From the NCBI RefSeq assembly GCF_964355755.1, contig NC_092680.1:1116001-1180000 (forward strand): a stretch of 64,000 bases of DNA, in the 5' to 3' direction. A program made the translations under genes and the position numbers. The stretch is from Antedon mediterranea. Lineage: Eukaryota > Animalia > Echinodermata. Positions 21,812 through 36,120 of the stretch are shown in pieces; position 1 is the stretch's first letter, and each line of letters starts with the position of its first letter. Below the pieces are notes generated by a model. The model was not told where the DNA came from. It did no database searches and saw only the letters and a program-made list of their open reading frames with translations.

Positions 21812-24800
21812 CTTACCTGTGACTGGTTTCAACAGCCTTGCATCGGTATGTCCATATCTGAAAAGAGAAAATAAAAATAAATTTATTTATACCATTGCAT
21901 AGGCTTTGATGTTTCTTACCTGTGATTGGTTCCAACAGCCTTGCATGGGTATGTCCATATCTGAAAAGAGAAAATAAAAATAAATTTATTTATACCATTG
22001 CATAGGCTTTGATGTTTCTTACCTGTGATTGGTTCCAACAGCCTTGCATGGGTATGTCCATATCTGAAAAAGGGAAAATATAAAGAAATTTAATTATACC
22101 ATTGCATAGGCTTTGATATTTCTTACCTGTGATTGGTTCCAACAGCCTTGTATCGGTATGTCCATATCTGAAAATGGAAAATATAAAGAAATTTAATTAT
22201 ACCATTGCATAGGTTTTGATGTTTCTTACCTGTGATTGGTTCCAACAGCCTTGCATCGGTATGTCCATATCTGAAAAGAGAAAATAAAAATAAATTTAAT
22301 TATACCATTGCATAGCCTTTAATGTTTCTAAACTGTGATTATTTCCAACAGCCTTGCATCATTATGTCCATATCTGAAAAGGGAAAATAAAAAGAAATTT
22401 ATTTATACCATTGCATAGGCTTTGATGTTTCTTACCTTTGATTGGTTCCAACAGCCTTGCATCGGTATGTCCATATCTGAAAAGAGAAAATAAAAATAAA
22501 TGTAATTATACCATTGCATAGCCTTTAATGTTTCTTACCTGTGATTGGTTCCAACTGTCTTGCATCGGTATGTCCATATCTGAAAATGGAAAATATAAAG
22601 AAATTTAATTATACCATTGCATAGGTTTTGATGTTTCTTACCTGTGATTGGTTCCAACAGCCTTGAATCGGTATGTCCATATCTGAAAAGGGAAAATAAA
22701 AATAAATTTAATTATACCATTGCATAGCCTTTAATGTTTCTAAACTGTGATTATTTCCAACAGCCTTGCATCATTATGTCCATATCTGAAAAGGGAAAAT
22801 AAAAAGAAATGTATTTATACCATTGCATAGGCTTTGATGTTTCTTACCTGTGATTGGTTCCAACAGCCTTGCATCGGTATTTCCATATCTGAAAAGAAAA
22901 AATAAAAATAAATTTAATTATACCATTGCATAGCCTTTAATGTTTCTTACCTGTGATTATTTCCAACAGCCTTGCATCATTATGTCCATATCTGAAAAGG
23001 GAAAATAAAAAGAAATGTATTTATACCATTGCATAGGCTTTGATGTTTCTTACCGTACCTGTGATTATTTCCAACAGTCTTGCATCAGTATGTCCATATC
23101 TGAAAAGGGAAAATGAAAAGAAATTTAATTACACCATATTGTATTATAACTTTTGATGTTTCTTACCTGAGATTGGTTCAAACAGCCTTGCATCTGTTTG
23201 TCCATATCTGAAAAGGGAAAATAAAAAGAAATTTATTTATACCATTGCATAGGCTTTGATGTTTCTTACCTGTGATTGGTTCCAATAGCCTTGCATCGGT
23301 ATGTCCATATCTGAAAAGGGAAAATAAAAAGAAATTTATTTATACCATTGCATAGGCTTTGATGTTTCTTACCTGTGATTGGTTCCTACAGCCTTTAATC
23401 GGTATGTCCATATCTGAAAAGGGAAAATATAAAGAAATTTATTTATACCATTGCATAGGCTTTGATGTTTCTTACCTGTGATTGGTTCCAACAGCCTTGC
23501 ATCGGTATGTCCATATCTGAAAAGGGAAAATAAAAAGAAATTTATTTATACCATTGCATAGGCTTTGATGTTTCTTACCTGTGATTGGTTCCAATAGCCT
23601 TGCATCGGTATGTCCATATCTGAAAAGGGAAAATAAAAAGAAATTTATTTATACCATTGCATAGGCTTTGATGTTTCTTACCTGTGATTGGTTCCTACAG
23701 CCTTGCATCGGTATGTCCATATCTGAAAAGGGAAAATATAAAGAAATTTAATTATACCATTGCATAGGCTTTGATATTTCTTACCTGTGATTGGTTCCTA
23801 CAGTCCTTCATTGGTACGTCCATATCTGAAAAGGGAAAATATAAAGAAATTTATTTATACTATTGCATAGGCTTTGATATTTCTTACCTGTGATTAGTTC
23901 CTACAGTCCTGCATTGGTATGTCCATAGGTACTATCTGAAAACAATAACTACTATAAATAATTATACCACTTAATATTTTTCTTTCCCATGATTGGTTCC
24001 AAAACCTTGCATCTGTAGACATATACCTAATGGGAAAACTTACTATACCCAAATGTAATACCATTTTACACATTGTATAAAATAATTTTACCAAAAATAT
24101 AACATGATTTGAAATACATTGGAACTTAACGTTTAGATTCTTAGCTACACTTATATATCTTAGTTACACACATACATGTAGAGAAAACTTACTATACAAA
24201 GATAATGCCATCTTAAACAATATATAAAATGAATTTACAAAAAAGAAACCTGATTTGAAATGCATTCAAAACTTAAACCTGTAGATTCTTAGCTACACAC
24301 AATCAACATGCAGTGAACATGTTTTATACCAAGCTAATAAATTTACTAAAAAATAACCTGATTTGAAGTGCATTGCAACTTAAACCTGTAGATTCTTAGC
24401 TACACACAACCTGCAGAGAAAACTCAAACAAACCTGTGTTTAGTTCCAATAGATTTTCATCTTTAGATTCATATTATGCTATCTGAAATGAGTAAGAGAA
24501 AAATTATTAGGTACAGGTGGTGTGGTATGCTTACCTGTGACTGGTTTCCACAGTCTTGCATCGATATGTCCATAGCTGAAAAGGGAAAAAATAAAGAAAT
24601 TTAATTATACTATTGAATAGGCTTTGATGTTTCTTACCTGTGATTGGTTCCAACAGTCTTGTATCGGTATGTCCATATCTGAAAAAGGAAAATAAAAAGA
24701 CATTTAATTATACCATTAAATAGGCTATTTTTTTCTTACCTGTGATTGGTTCCAACAGCCTTGCATTGGTATGTCCACATCTGAAAAGGGAAAAAATAAA

Positions 24801-27800
24801 GAAAGTTAATTATACTATTGAATAGTCCTTGATGTTTCTTACCTGTGATTGGTTCCAACAACCTTGCATCGGTATGTCCATATCTGAAAAGGGAAAATAT
24901 AAAGAAATTTATTTATACCATTGCATAGGCTTTGATGTTTCTTACCTGTGATTGGTTCCAACAGCCTTGCATCGGTATGTCCATATCTGAAAAGGGAAAA
25001 TATAAAGAAATTTAATTATACCATTGCATAGGCTTTGATATTCCTTACCTGTGATTGGTTCCTACAGTCCTGCATCGGTATGTCCATATCTGAAAAGGGA
25101 AAATATAAAGAAATTTAATTATACCATTGCATAGGCTTTGATGTTTCTTACCTGTGATTGGTTCCTACAGTCCTGCATTGGTATGTCCATATCTGAAAAT
25201 GGAAAATATAAAGAAATTTAATTATACCATTGCATAGACTTTATGTTTCTTACCTGTGATTGGTTCCAACAGTCTTGCATCGGTATGTCCATATCTGAAA
25301 AGGGAAAATATAAAGAAATTTAATTATACCATTGCATAGGCTTTGATGTTTCTTACCTGTGATTGGTTCCAACAGTCTTGCATCGGTATGTCCATATCTG
25401 AAAAGGGAAAATATAAAGAAATTTAATTATACCATTGCATAGGCTTTGATGTTTCTTACCTGTGATTGGTTCCTACAGTCCTGCATTGGTATGTCCATAT
25501 CTGAAAAGGGAAAATATAAAGAAATTTATTTATACCATTGCATAGGCTTTGATGTTTCTTACCTGTGATTGGTTCCTACAGTCCTGCATTGGTATGTCCA
25601 TATCTGAAAAGAAAAAATATAAAGAAATTTATTTATACCATTGCATAGGCTTTGATGTTTCTTACCTGTGATTGGTTCCTACAGTCCTGCATTGGTATGT
25701 CCATATCTGAAAAGGGAAAATATAAAGAAATTTAATTCTACCATTGCATAGGCTTTGATATTTCTTACCTGTGATTGGTTCCTACAGTCCTGCATTGGTA
25801 TGTCCATATCTGAAAAGGGAAAATATAAAGAAATTTAATTCTACCATTGCATAGGCTTTGATATTTCTTACCTGTGATTGGTTCCTACAGTCCTGCATTG
25901 GTATGTCCATATCTGAAAAGGGAAAATAAAAAGAAATTTAATTATACCATTGCATAGGCTTTGATATTTCTTACCTGTGATTGGTTCCTACAGTCTTGCA
26001 TTGGTATGTCCATATCTGAAAAGGGAAAATATAAAGACATTTTATTATACCATTGCATAGGCTTTGATATTTCTTACCTGTGATTGGTTCCTACAGTCTT
26101 GCATTGGTATGTCCATATCTGAAAAGGGAAAATATAAAGAAATTTAATTATACCATTGCATAGACTTTATGTTTCTTACCTGTGACTGGTTCCAACAGTC
26201 TTGCATCGGTATGTCCATATCTGAAAAGGGAAAATATAAAAAAATTTAATTATACCATTGCATAGGCTTTGATGTTTCTTACCTGTGATTGGTTCCAACA
26301 GTCTTGCATCGGTATGTCCATATCTGAAAAGGGAAAATATAAAGAAATTTAATTATACCATTGCATAGGCTTTGATGTTTCTTACCTGTGATTGGTTCCT
26401 ACAGTCCTGCATTGGTATGTCCATATCTGAAAAGGGAAAATATAAAGAAATTTAATTATACCATTGCATAGACTTTATGTTTCTTACCTGTGATTGGTTC
26501 CAACAGTCTTGCATTGGTATGTCCATATCTGATAAGGGAAAATATAAAGAAATGTTATTATACCATTGCATAGGCTTTGATGTTTCTTACCTGTGATTGG
26601 TTCCAACAGTCTTGCATCGGTATGTCCATATCTGAAAAGGGAAAATATAAAGAAATTTAATTATACCATTGCATAGGCTTTGATGTTTCTTACCTGTGAT
26701 TGGTTCCTACAGTCCTGCATTGGTATCTTCATATCTGAAAAGGGAAAATATAAAGAAATTTATTTATACCATTGCATAGGCTTTGATGTTTCTTACCTGT
26801 GATTGGTTCCTACAGTCCTGCATTGGTATGTCCATATTTGAAAAGGGACAATATTTATAAAGAAATTTATTTATACCATTGCATAGGCTTTGATGTTTCT
26901 TACCTGTGATTGGTTCCTACAGTCCTGCATTGGTATGTCCATATCTGAAAAGGGAAAATATAAAGAAATTTAATTATACCATTGCATAGACTTTATGTTT
27001 CTTACCTGTGATTGGTTCCAACAGTCTTGCATCGGTATGTCCATATCTGAAAAGGGAAAATATAAAGAAATTTAATTATACCATTGCATAGGCTTTGATA
27101 TTTCTAACCTGTGATTGGTTCCTACAGTCCTGCATTGGTATGTCCATATCTGAAAAGGGAAAATATAAAGAAATTTAATTATACCATTGCATAGGCTTTG
27201 ATATTTCTTACCTGTGATTGGTTCCTACAGTCCTGCATTGGTATGTCCATATCTGAAAAGGGAAAATATAAAGAAATTTAATTATACCATTGCATAGGCT
27301 TTGATATTTCTTACCTGTGATTGGTTCCTACAGTCCTGCATTGGTATGTCCATATCTGAAAAGGGAAAATATAAAGAAATTTAATTCTACCATTGCATAG
27401 GCTTTGATGTTTCTTACCTGTGATTGGTTCCTACAGTCCTGCATTGGTATGTCCATATCTGAAAAGGGAAAATATAAAGAAATTTAATTATACCATTGCA
27501 TAGGCTTTGATATTTCTTACCTGTGATTGGTTCCTACAGTCCTGCATTGGTATGTCCATATCTGAAAAGGGAAAATATAAAGAAATTTAATTATACCATT
27601 GCATAGGCTTTGATATTTCTTACCTGTGATTGGTTCCTACAGTCCTGCATTGGTATGTCCATATCTGAAAAGGGAAAATATAAAGAAATTTAATTCTACC
27701 ATTGCATAGGCTTTGATGTTTCTTACCTGTGATTGGTTCCTACAGTCCTGCATTGGTATGTCCATATTTGAAAAGGGACAATATTTATAAAAAAATTTAT

Positions 27801-30800
27801 TTATACCATTGCATAGGCTTTGATATTTCTAACCTGTGATTGGTTCCTACAGTCCTGCATTGGTATGTCCATATCTGAAAAGGAAAAATATAAAGAAATT
27901 TAATTATACCATTGCATAGGCTTTGATATTTCTTACCTGTGATTGGTTCCTACAGTCCTGCATTGGTATGTCCATATCTGAAAAGGGAAAATATAAAGAA
28001 ATTTAATTATACCATTGCATAAGCTTTGATATTTCTTACCTGTGATTGGTTCCTACAGTCCTGCATTGGTATGTCCATATCTGAAAAGGGAAAATAAAAA
28101 GAAATTTAATTATACCATTGCATAGGCTTTGATGTTTCTTACCTGTGATTGGTTCCTACAGTCTTGCATCGGTATGTCCATATCTGAAAAGGGAAAATAT
28201 AAAGAAATTTAATTATACCATTGCATAGGCTTTGATGTTTCTTACCTGTGATTGGTTCCAACAGTCTTGCATCGGTATGTCCATATCTGAAAAGGGAAAA
28301 TATAAAGAAATTTAATTATACCATTGCATAGGCTTTGATGTTTCTTACCTGTGATTGGTTCCTACAGTCCTGCATTGGTATGTCCATATCTGAAAAGGGA
28401 AAATATAAAGAAATTTATTTATACCATTGCATAAGCTTTGATGTTTCTTACCTGTGATTGGTTCCTACAGTCCTGCATTGGTATGCCCAAATCTGAAAAG
28501 GGAAAATATAAAGAAATTTATTTATACCATTGCATAGGCTTTGATATTTCTTACCTGTGATTGGTTCCTACAGTCTTGCATTGGTATGTCCATATCTGAA
28601 AAGGGAAAATATAAAGAAATTTAATTATACCATTGCATAGGCTTTGATATTTCTTATCTGTGATTGGTTCCTACAGTCTTTCATCGGTATGTCCATATCT
28701 GAAAAGGGAAAATATAAAGAAATTTATTTATACCATTGCATAGGCTTTGATGTTTCTTACCTGTGATTGGTTCCAACAGCCTTGCATCGGTATGTCCATA
28801 TCTGAAAAGGGAAAATAAAAAGAAGTTTATTTATACCATTGCATAGGCTTTGATGTGTCTTACCTGTGATTGGTTCCAATAGCCTTGCATCGGTATGTCC
28901 ATATCTCTGAAAAGGGAAAATAAAAAGAAATTTATTTATACCATTGCATAGGCTTTGATGTTTCTTACCTGTGATTGGTTCCAACAGTCTTGCATTGGTA
29001 TGTCCATATCTGAAAAGAGAAAATATAAAGAAATTTAATTATACCATTGCATAGGCTTTGATGTTTCTTACCTGTGATTGGTTCCTACAGCCTTGCATCG
29101 GTATGTCCATATCTGAAAAGGGAAAATATAAAGAAATTTAATTATACCATTGCATACAGTAGGCTTTGATATTTCTTACCTGTGATTGGTTCCTACAGTC
29201 CTTCATTGGTACGTCCATATCTGAAAAGGGAAAATATAAAGAAATTTATTTATACTATTGCATAGGCTTTGATGTTTCTTACCTGTGATTGGTTCCTACA
29301 GTCCTGCATTGGTATGTCCATAGGTACTATCTGAAACAATAACTACTATAAATAATTATACCACTTAATATTTTTTCTTTCCCATGATTGGTTCCAAAAC
29401 CTTGCATCTGTAGACATATACCTAATGGGAAAACTTACTATACCCAAATGTAATACCATTTTACACATTGTATAAAATAATTTTACCAAAAATATAACAT
29501 GATTTGAAATGCATTGGAACTTAACGTTTAGATTCTTAGCTACACTTATATATCTTAGTTACACACATACATGTAGAGAAAACTTACTATACAAAGATAA
29601 TGCCATCTTAAACAATATATAAAATGAATTTACAAAAAAGAAACCTGATTTGAAATGCATTCAAAACTTAAACCTGTAGATTCTTAGCTACACACAATCA
29701 ACATGCAGTGAACATGTTTTATACCAAGCTAATAAATTTACTAAAAAATAACCTGATTTGAAGTGCATTGCAACTTAAACCTGTAGATTCTTAGCTACAC
29801 TCAACCTGCAGTGAACATTTATTATATCAAGATAATTAATTTATTAAACAATAACCTGATTTGAAGTGCTTTTTGCAACTTAAACCTGTAGATTCTTAGC
29901 TACACACAACCTGCAGTGAACATTTATTATACCAAGTAAATGAATTTACAAAAAATAACCTGATTTGAAGTGCATTTCAACTTAAACCTGTAGATTCTTA
30001 GCTACACACAACCTGCAGTGAACATTTATTATACCAAGATAATAAATTTACTAAAAAATAACCTGATTTGAAGTGCATTGCAACTTAAACCTGTAGATTC
30101 TTAGCTACACACAACCTGCAGTGAACATTTATTATACCAAGATAATGAATTTACAAAAAATAACCTGATTTGAAGTGCATTTCAACTTAAACCTCTAGAT
30201 TCTTAGCTACACACAACCTGCAGTGAACATTTATTATACCAAGATAATGAATTTACTAAAAATAACCTGATTTGAAGTGCATTGCAACTTAAACCTGCAG
30301 ATTCTTAGCTACACACAACCTGCAGTGAAAATTTATTATACCGAGATAATGAATTTACTAAAAATAACCTGATTTGAAGTGCATTACAACTTAAACCTGT
30401 AGATTCTTAGCTACACACAACCTGCAGTGAACATTTATTATACCAAGATAATGAATTTACTAAAAATAACCTGATTTGAAGTGCATTTCAACTTAAACCT
30501 GTAGATTATTAGCTACATTTTAGTTACACGCATATTTAAATTACCAAGATATAATGCCACCTTTAAACACTATATAGAACAATTTACAACAAATATTTAA
30601 AATTATTTGAAATTCACTGAAACTTAAACCTCTACATTTTTAGATACACATATATCTTACCTATATACCTACATGGAACATTAACATTAACAAGCTATAA
30701 TGCCACCTTACAGATTATACAAAAAAAATGTACAAAAAATGACATGATTTGAAGTGAATTGAAACTTAAACCTCTATTCTTAACTACACTCTTAATATAT

Positions 30801-33800
30801 CACACGACCTGCAGGGAAATCTTACGATACCAAGAAAATTTATAACAAATATTACAAATTATTTAAAATGTTTAAACCCAAACCTCTAAGTTCTTAGTTA
30901 CACTTAATATATGACATCTTAGCAACACACATACCTGCAGAGAAAACGCAAACAAACCTGTGTTTAGTTCCAATAGATTTTCATCTTTAGATTCATATAT
31001 GCTATCTGAAATGAGTAAGAGAAAAATTATTAGGTACAGGTGGTGTGGTATGCTTACCTGTGACTGGTTTCAACAGTCTTACATCGGTATGTCCATATCT
31101 GAAAAAGGAAAATAAAAAGACATTTAATTATACCATTAAATAGGCTATTTTTTTCTTACCTGTGATTGGTTCCAACAGCCTTGCATTGGTATGTCCACAT
31201 CTGAAAAGGGAAAAAATAAAGAAAGTTAATTATACTATTGAATAGGCTTTGATGTTTCTTACCTGTGATTGGTTCCAACAGTCTTGTATCGGTATGTCCA
31301 TATCTGAAAGGGAAAATATAAAGAAATTTAATTATACCATTTAATAGGCTTTAATGTTTCTTACCTGTGATTGGTTCCAACAGCCTTGCATCGGTATGTC
31401 CATATCTGAAAAGGGAAAATATAAAGAAATTTATTTATACCATTGCATAGGCTTTGATGTTTCTTACCTGTGATTGGTTCCAACAGCCTTGCATCGGTAT
31501 GTCCATTTCTGAAAAGGGAAAATATAAAGAAATTTAATTATACCATTGCATAGGCTTTGATATTTCTTACCTGTGATTGGTTCCTACAGTCCTGCATCGG
31601 TATGTCCATATCTGAAAAAGAAAATAAAAAGACATTTAATTATACCATTAAATAGGCTATTTTTTTCTTACCTGTGATTGGTTCCAACAGCCTTGCATTG
31701 GTATGTCCACATCTGAAATAGGAAAATAAAAGGAAATTTATTCATACCATTGTTTAGGCTTTGATGTTTCTTACCTGTGATTGGTTCCAACAGCCTTGCA
31801 TCGGTAAGTCCATATCTGAAAAGGGAAAAAATACTATTGAATAGGCTTTGATGTTTCTTACCTGTGATTGGTTCCAACAGTCTTGTATCGGTATGTCCAT
31901 ATCTGAAAGGGAAAATATAAAGAAATTTAATTATACCATTTAATAGGCTTTGATGTTTCTTACCTGTGATTGGTTCCAACAGCCTTGCATCGGTATGTCC
32001 ATATCTGAAAAGGGAAAATATGAAGAAATTTATTTATACCATTGCATAGGCTTTGATGTTTCTTACCTGTGATTGGTTCCAACAGCCTTTCATCGGTATG
32101 TCCATATCTGAAAAGGGAAAATATAAAGAAATTTAATTATACCATTGCATAGGCTTTGATATTTCTTACCTGTGATTGGTTCCTACAGTCCTGCATCGGT
32201 ATGTCCATATTTGAAAAAGGAAAATAAAAATAAATTTAATTATACAATTGCATAGCCTTTAATGTTTCTTACCTGTGATTGGTTCCAACAGCCTTGCATC
32301 GGTATGTCCATATCTGAAAAAGGAAAATAAAAATAAATTTATTTATACCATTGCATAGGCTTTGATGTTTCTTACCTGTGATTGGTTCCAACAGCCTTGC
32401 ATCGGTATGTCCATATCTGAAAAAGGAAAATAAAAATAAGTTTAATTATACCATTGCATAGGCTATTTTTTTTTACCTGTGATTGGTTCCAACAGCCTTG
32501 CATCGATAAGTCCATATCTGAAAAAGGAAAATAAAAAGAAATTTAATTATACAATTGCATAGCCTTTAATGTTTCTTACCTGTGATTGGTTCCAACAGTC
32601 TTGTATCGGTATGTCCATATCTGAAAAAGGAAAATAAAAAGAAATTTAATTATACAATTGCATAGCCTTTAATGTTTCTTACCTGTGATTGGTTCCAACA
32701 GCCTTGCATCGGTATGTCCATATCTGAAAAAGAAAATTTAAAAAAATTTAATTATACCATTAAATAGGCTATTTTTTTTTACTTGTGATCGGTTCTAACA
32801 GCCTTGCATTGGTATGTCCATATCTGAAATAGGAAAATAAAAAGAAATTTATTTATACCATTGCATAGGTTTTGATGTTTCTTACCTGTGATCGGTTCCA
32901 ACAGTCCTGCATTGGTATGTACATATCTGAAAAAGGAAAATAAAAAGAAATTTATTTATACCATTGCATAGGCTTTGATGTTTCTTACCTGTGATTGGTT
33001 CCAATAGTCTTGCATTCGTATGTCCATATCTGAAATAGGAGAATAAAAGGAAATTTATTTATACCATTGCATAGGTTTTGATGTTTCTTACCTGTGGTTG
33101 GTTCCAATAGTCTTACATTGGTATGTCCATATCTGAAATAGGAAAATAAAAAGAAATTTATTTATACCATTGCATAGGCTTTGATGTTTCTTACCTGTGA
33201 TTGGTTCCAACAGCCTTGCATCGGTATGTCCATATCTGAAATAGGAAAATAAAAAGAAATTTATTTATACCATTGCATAGGTTTTGATGTTTCTTACCTG
33301 TGATTGGTTCCAACAGCTTTGCATCGGTATTTCCATATCTGAAAAGGGAAAATATAAAGAAATTTAATTACACCATATTGTATAAGCTTTGATGTTTCTT
33401 ACCTGTGATTATTTCCAACAGTCTTGCATCAGTATGTCCATATCTGAAAAGGGAAAATATAAATTAATTTAATTACACCATATTGTATAAGTTTTGATGT
33501 TTCTTACCTGTGATTGGTTCCAACAGCCTTGCATTGGTATTTCCATATCTGAAAAGGGAAAATATAAAGAAATTTAATTATACCATTGCATAGGCTTTGA
33601 TATTTCTTACCTGTGATTGGTTCCTACAGTCCTGCATTGGTATTTCGATAGGTACTATCTGAAAACAATAACTACTGTAAATAATTATACCACTTAATAT
33701 TTTTTCTTTCCCATGATTTTACCAAAAATATAACATGATTTGAAATGTATTGAAACTTAACCTTTAGATTCTTAGCTACACTTATATATCTTAGTTACAC

Positions 33801-36120
33801 ACATACATGTAGAGAAAACTTACTATACAAAGGTAATGCCATCTTAAACATTATATAAAATGAATGAATTTACAAAAAAGAAACCTGATTTGAAATGCAT
33901 TGAAAACTTAAACCTCTATTCTTAACTACACTTATATATCTTAACTACACACGACCTGCAGGGAAAACTTAGAATAAGAAGAGAATGCCACCTTACACAT
34001 TATATAAAATAATTTCAAACAAATATTTAAAATTATTTGAAATGCACTGAAACTTAAACATGTATATATTCTTAACTACACTTAATATTTCTTAACTACA
34101 CACACAACTACAGGAAAAGCTTACAATACCAAGATATAATGCCACCTTACACATTATATATCATAATTTACAACAACTATTTTACATTATTTGAAATGCA
34201 TTGAAACTTAAACCTGTATAATATTCTTAGCTACATTTAATATAAATTAACTACAGACACAACTGCAGGGAAAGTTTACAATACCAAGATGTTATGCCAC
34301 CTTACACATCATATAATAATTTACAACAAATATTTAAAATTATTTGAAATGCACTGAAACTTAAACCTGTATAAATTCTTAGCTACACTTAATATAACTT
34401 AACTAAACACACAACTACAGGAAAAGTTTACAATACCAAGATATAATGCCATCTTACACAATATATATAACAATTTACAACAAATATTTAAATTTATTTG
34501 AAATGCACTGAAACTTAAACCTGTATAAATTCTTAGCTACACTTAATATAACTTAACTAAACACACAACTACAGGAAAAGTTTACAATACCAAGATATAA
34601 TGCCACCTTACACATTATATATCATAATTTACAACAAATATTTAAATTTATTTGAAATGAACAGAAACTTAAACCTCTACATTCTTAGATACTTAATATA
34701 GTATATTTTAGCAACAAACATACCCGCAGAGAAGATGTTCCTGTGTTTAGTTCCAACAGATTTGTATATGTAGGTGCATACTGTATGTATAATGCATATA
34801 TGCTATCTGAAATGAGTAATAGTAAAGAACAATTATTATGTGCAGATGGTGTTTTATGCTTACCTGTGATTGGTTCCAACAGCCTTGCATCGGTATGTCC
34901 ATATCTGAAAAGGAAAAATATAAAGAAAATTAATTACACCATATTGCATAGCCTTTAATGTTTCTTACCTGTGATTGGTTCCAACAGCCTTGCATCGGTA
35001 TGTCCATATCTGAAAAGGGAAAATATAAAGAAATTTAATTATACCATTGCATAGGCTTTGATGTTTCTTACCTGTGATTGGTTCCTACAGTCCTGCATCG
35101 GTATGTCCATATTTGAAAAAGGAAAATAAAAATAAATTTAATTATACCATTGCATAGCCTTTAATGTTTCTTACCTGTGATTGGTTCCAACAGCCTTGCA
35201 TCGGTATGTCCATATCTGAAAAAGGAAAATAAAAAGAAATTTATTCATACCATTGCATAGGCTTTGATGTTTCTTACCTGTGATTGGTTCCAACAGCCTT
35301 GTATTGGTATGTCCATATCTGAAAAAGGAAAATAAAAATAAATTTAATTATACCATTGCATAGCCTTTAATGTTTCTTACCTGTGATTGGTTCCAACAGC
35401 CTTGCATCGGTATGTCCATATCTGAAAAAGGAAAATAAAAAGAAATTTATTCATACTATTGCATAGGTTTTGATGTTTCTTACCTGTGATTGGTTCCAAC
35501 AGCCTTGCATCGGTATGTCCATATCTGAAAAGGGAAAATAAAAAGAAATTTATTTATTCCATTACATAGGCTTTGATGTTTCTTACCCGAGATTAGTTCC
35601 AACAGCCTTGCATTGGTATGTCCATATCTGAAAAGGGAAAATAAAAAGAAATTTATTTATACCATTGCATAGGTTTTGATGTTTCTTACCTGTGATTGGT
35701 TCCAACAGCCTTGCATTGGTATGTCCATATCTGAAAAGGGAAAATATAAATTTAATTATACCATTAGATCTTTGATGTTTCTTACCTGTGATTGGTTCCA
35801 AAAGTCCTGCATTGGTATTTCCATATCTGAAATGAGAAAGTATAAAGAAATTTAATTATACGATTAGATCTTTGATGTTTCTTACCTGTGATTGGTTCCA
35901 AAAGTCCTGCATTGGTATGTCCATATCTGAAATGAGAAAGTATAAAGACATTTAATTATACCATTAGATCTTTGATGTTTCTTACCTGTGATTGGTTCCA
36001 AAAGTCCTGCATTGGTATGTCCATATCTGAAATGAGAAAGTATAAAGACATTTAATTATACCATTAGATCTTTGATGTTTCTTACCTGTGATTGGTTTCC
36101 TTGTATTGTTCAAACTAGAT
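21812..36120 (-). repeat. Satellite A, 103-bp exon-intron unit, about 100-105 copies in four blocks (21812-23935, 24530-29330, 31055-33660, 34860-36120)
   Basis: Minus-strand unit: ...tttcccttttcag|ATATGGACATACCGATGCAAGGCTGTTGGAACCAATCACAG|gtaagaaacatcaaagcc...; period 103 checked at 25261/25364; copy number estimated from block length divided by period. Confidence 0.95.

Noticed and set aside
21812-36120. CRISPR array interpretation of the regular repeats
   Set aside because: Eukaryotic DNA; the whole unit is repeated with no unique spacers, and there are no cas genes.
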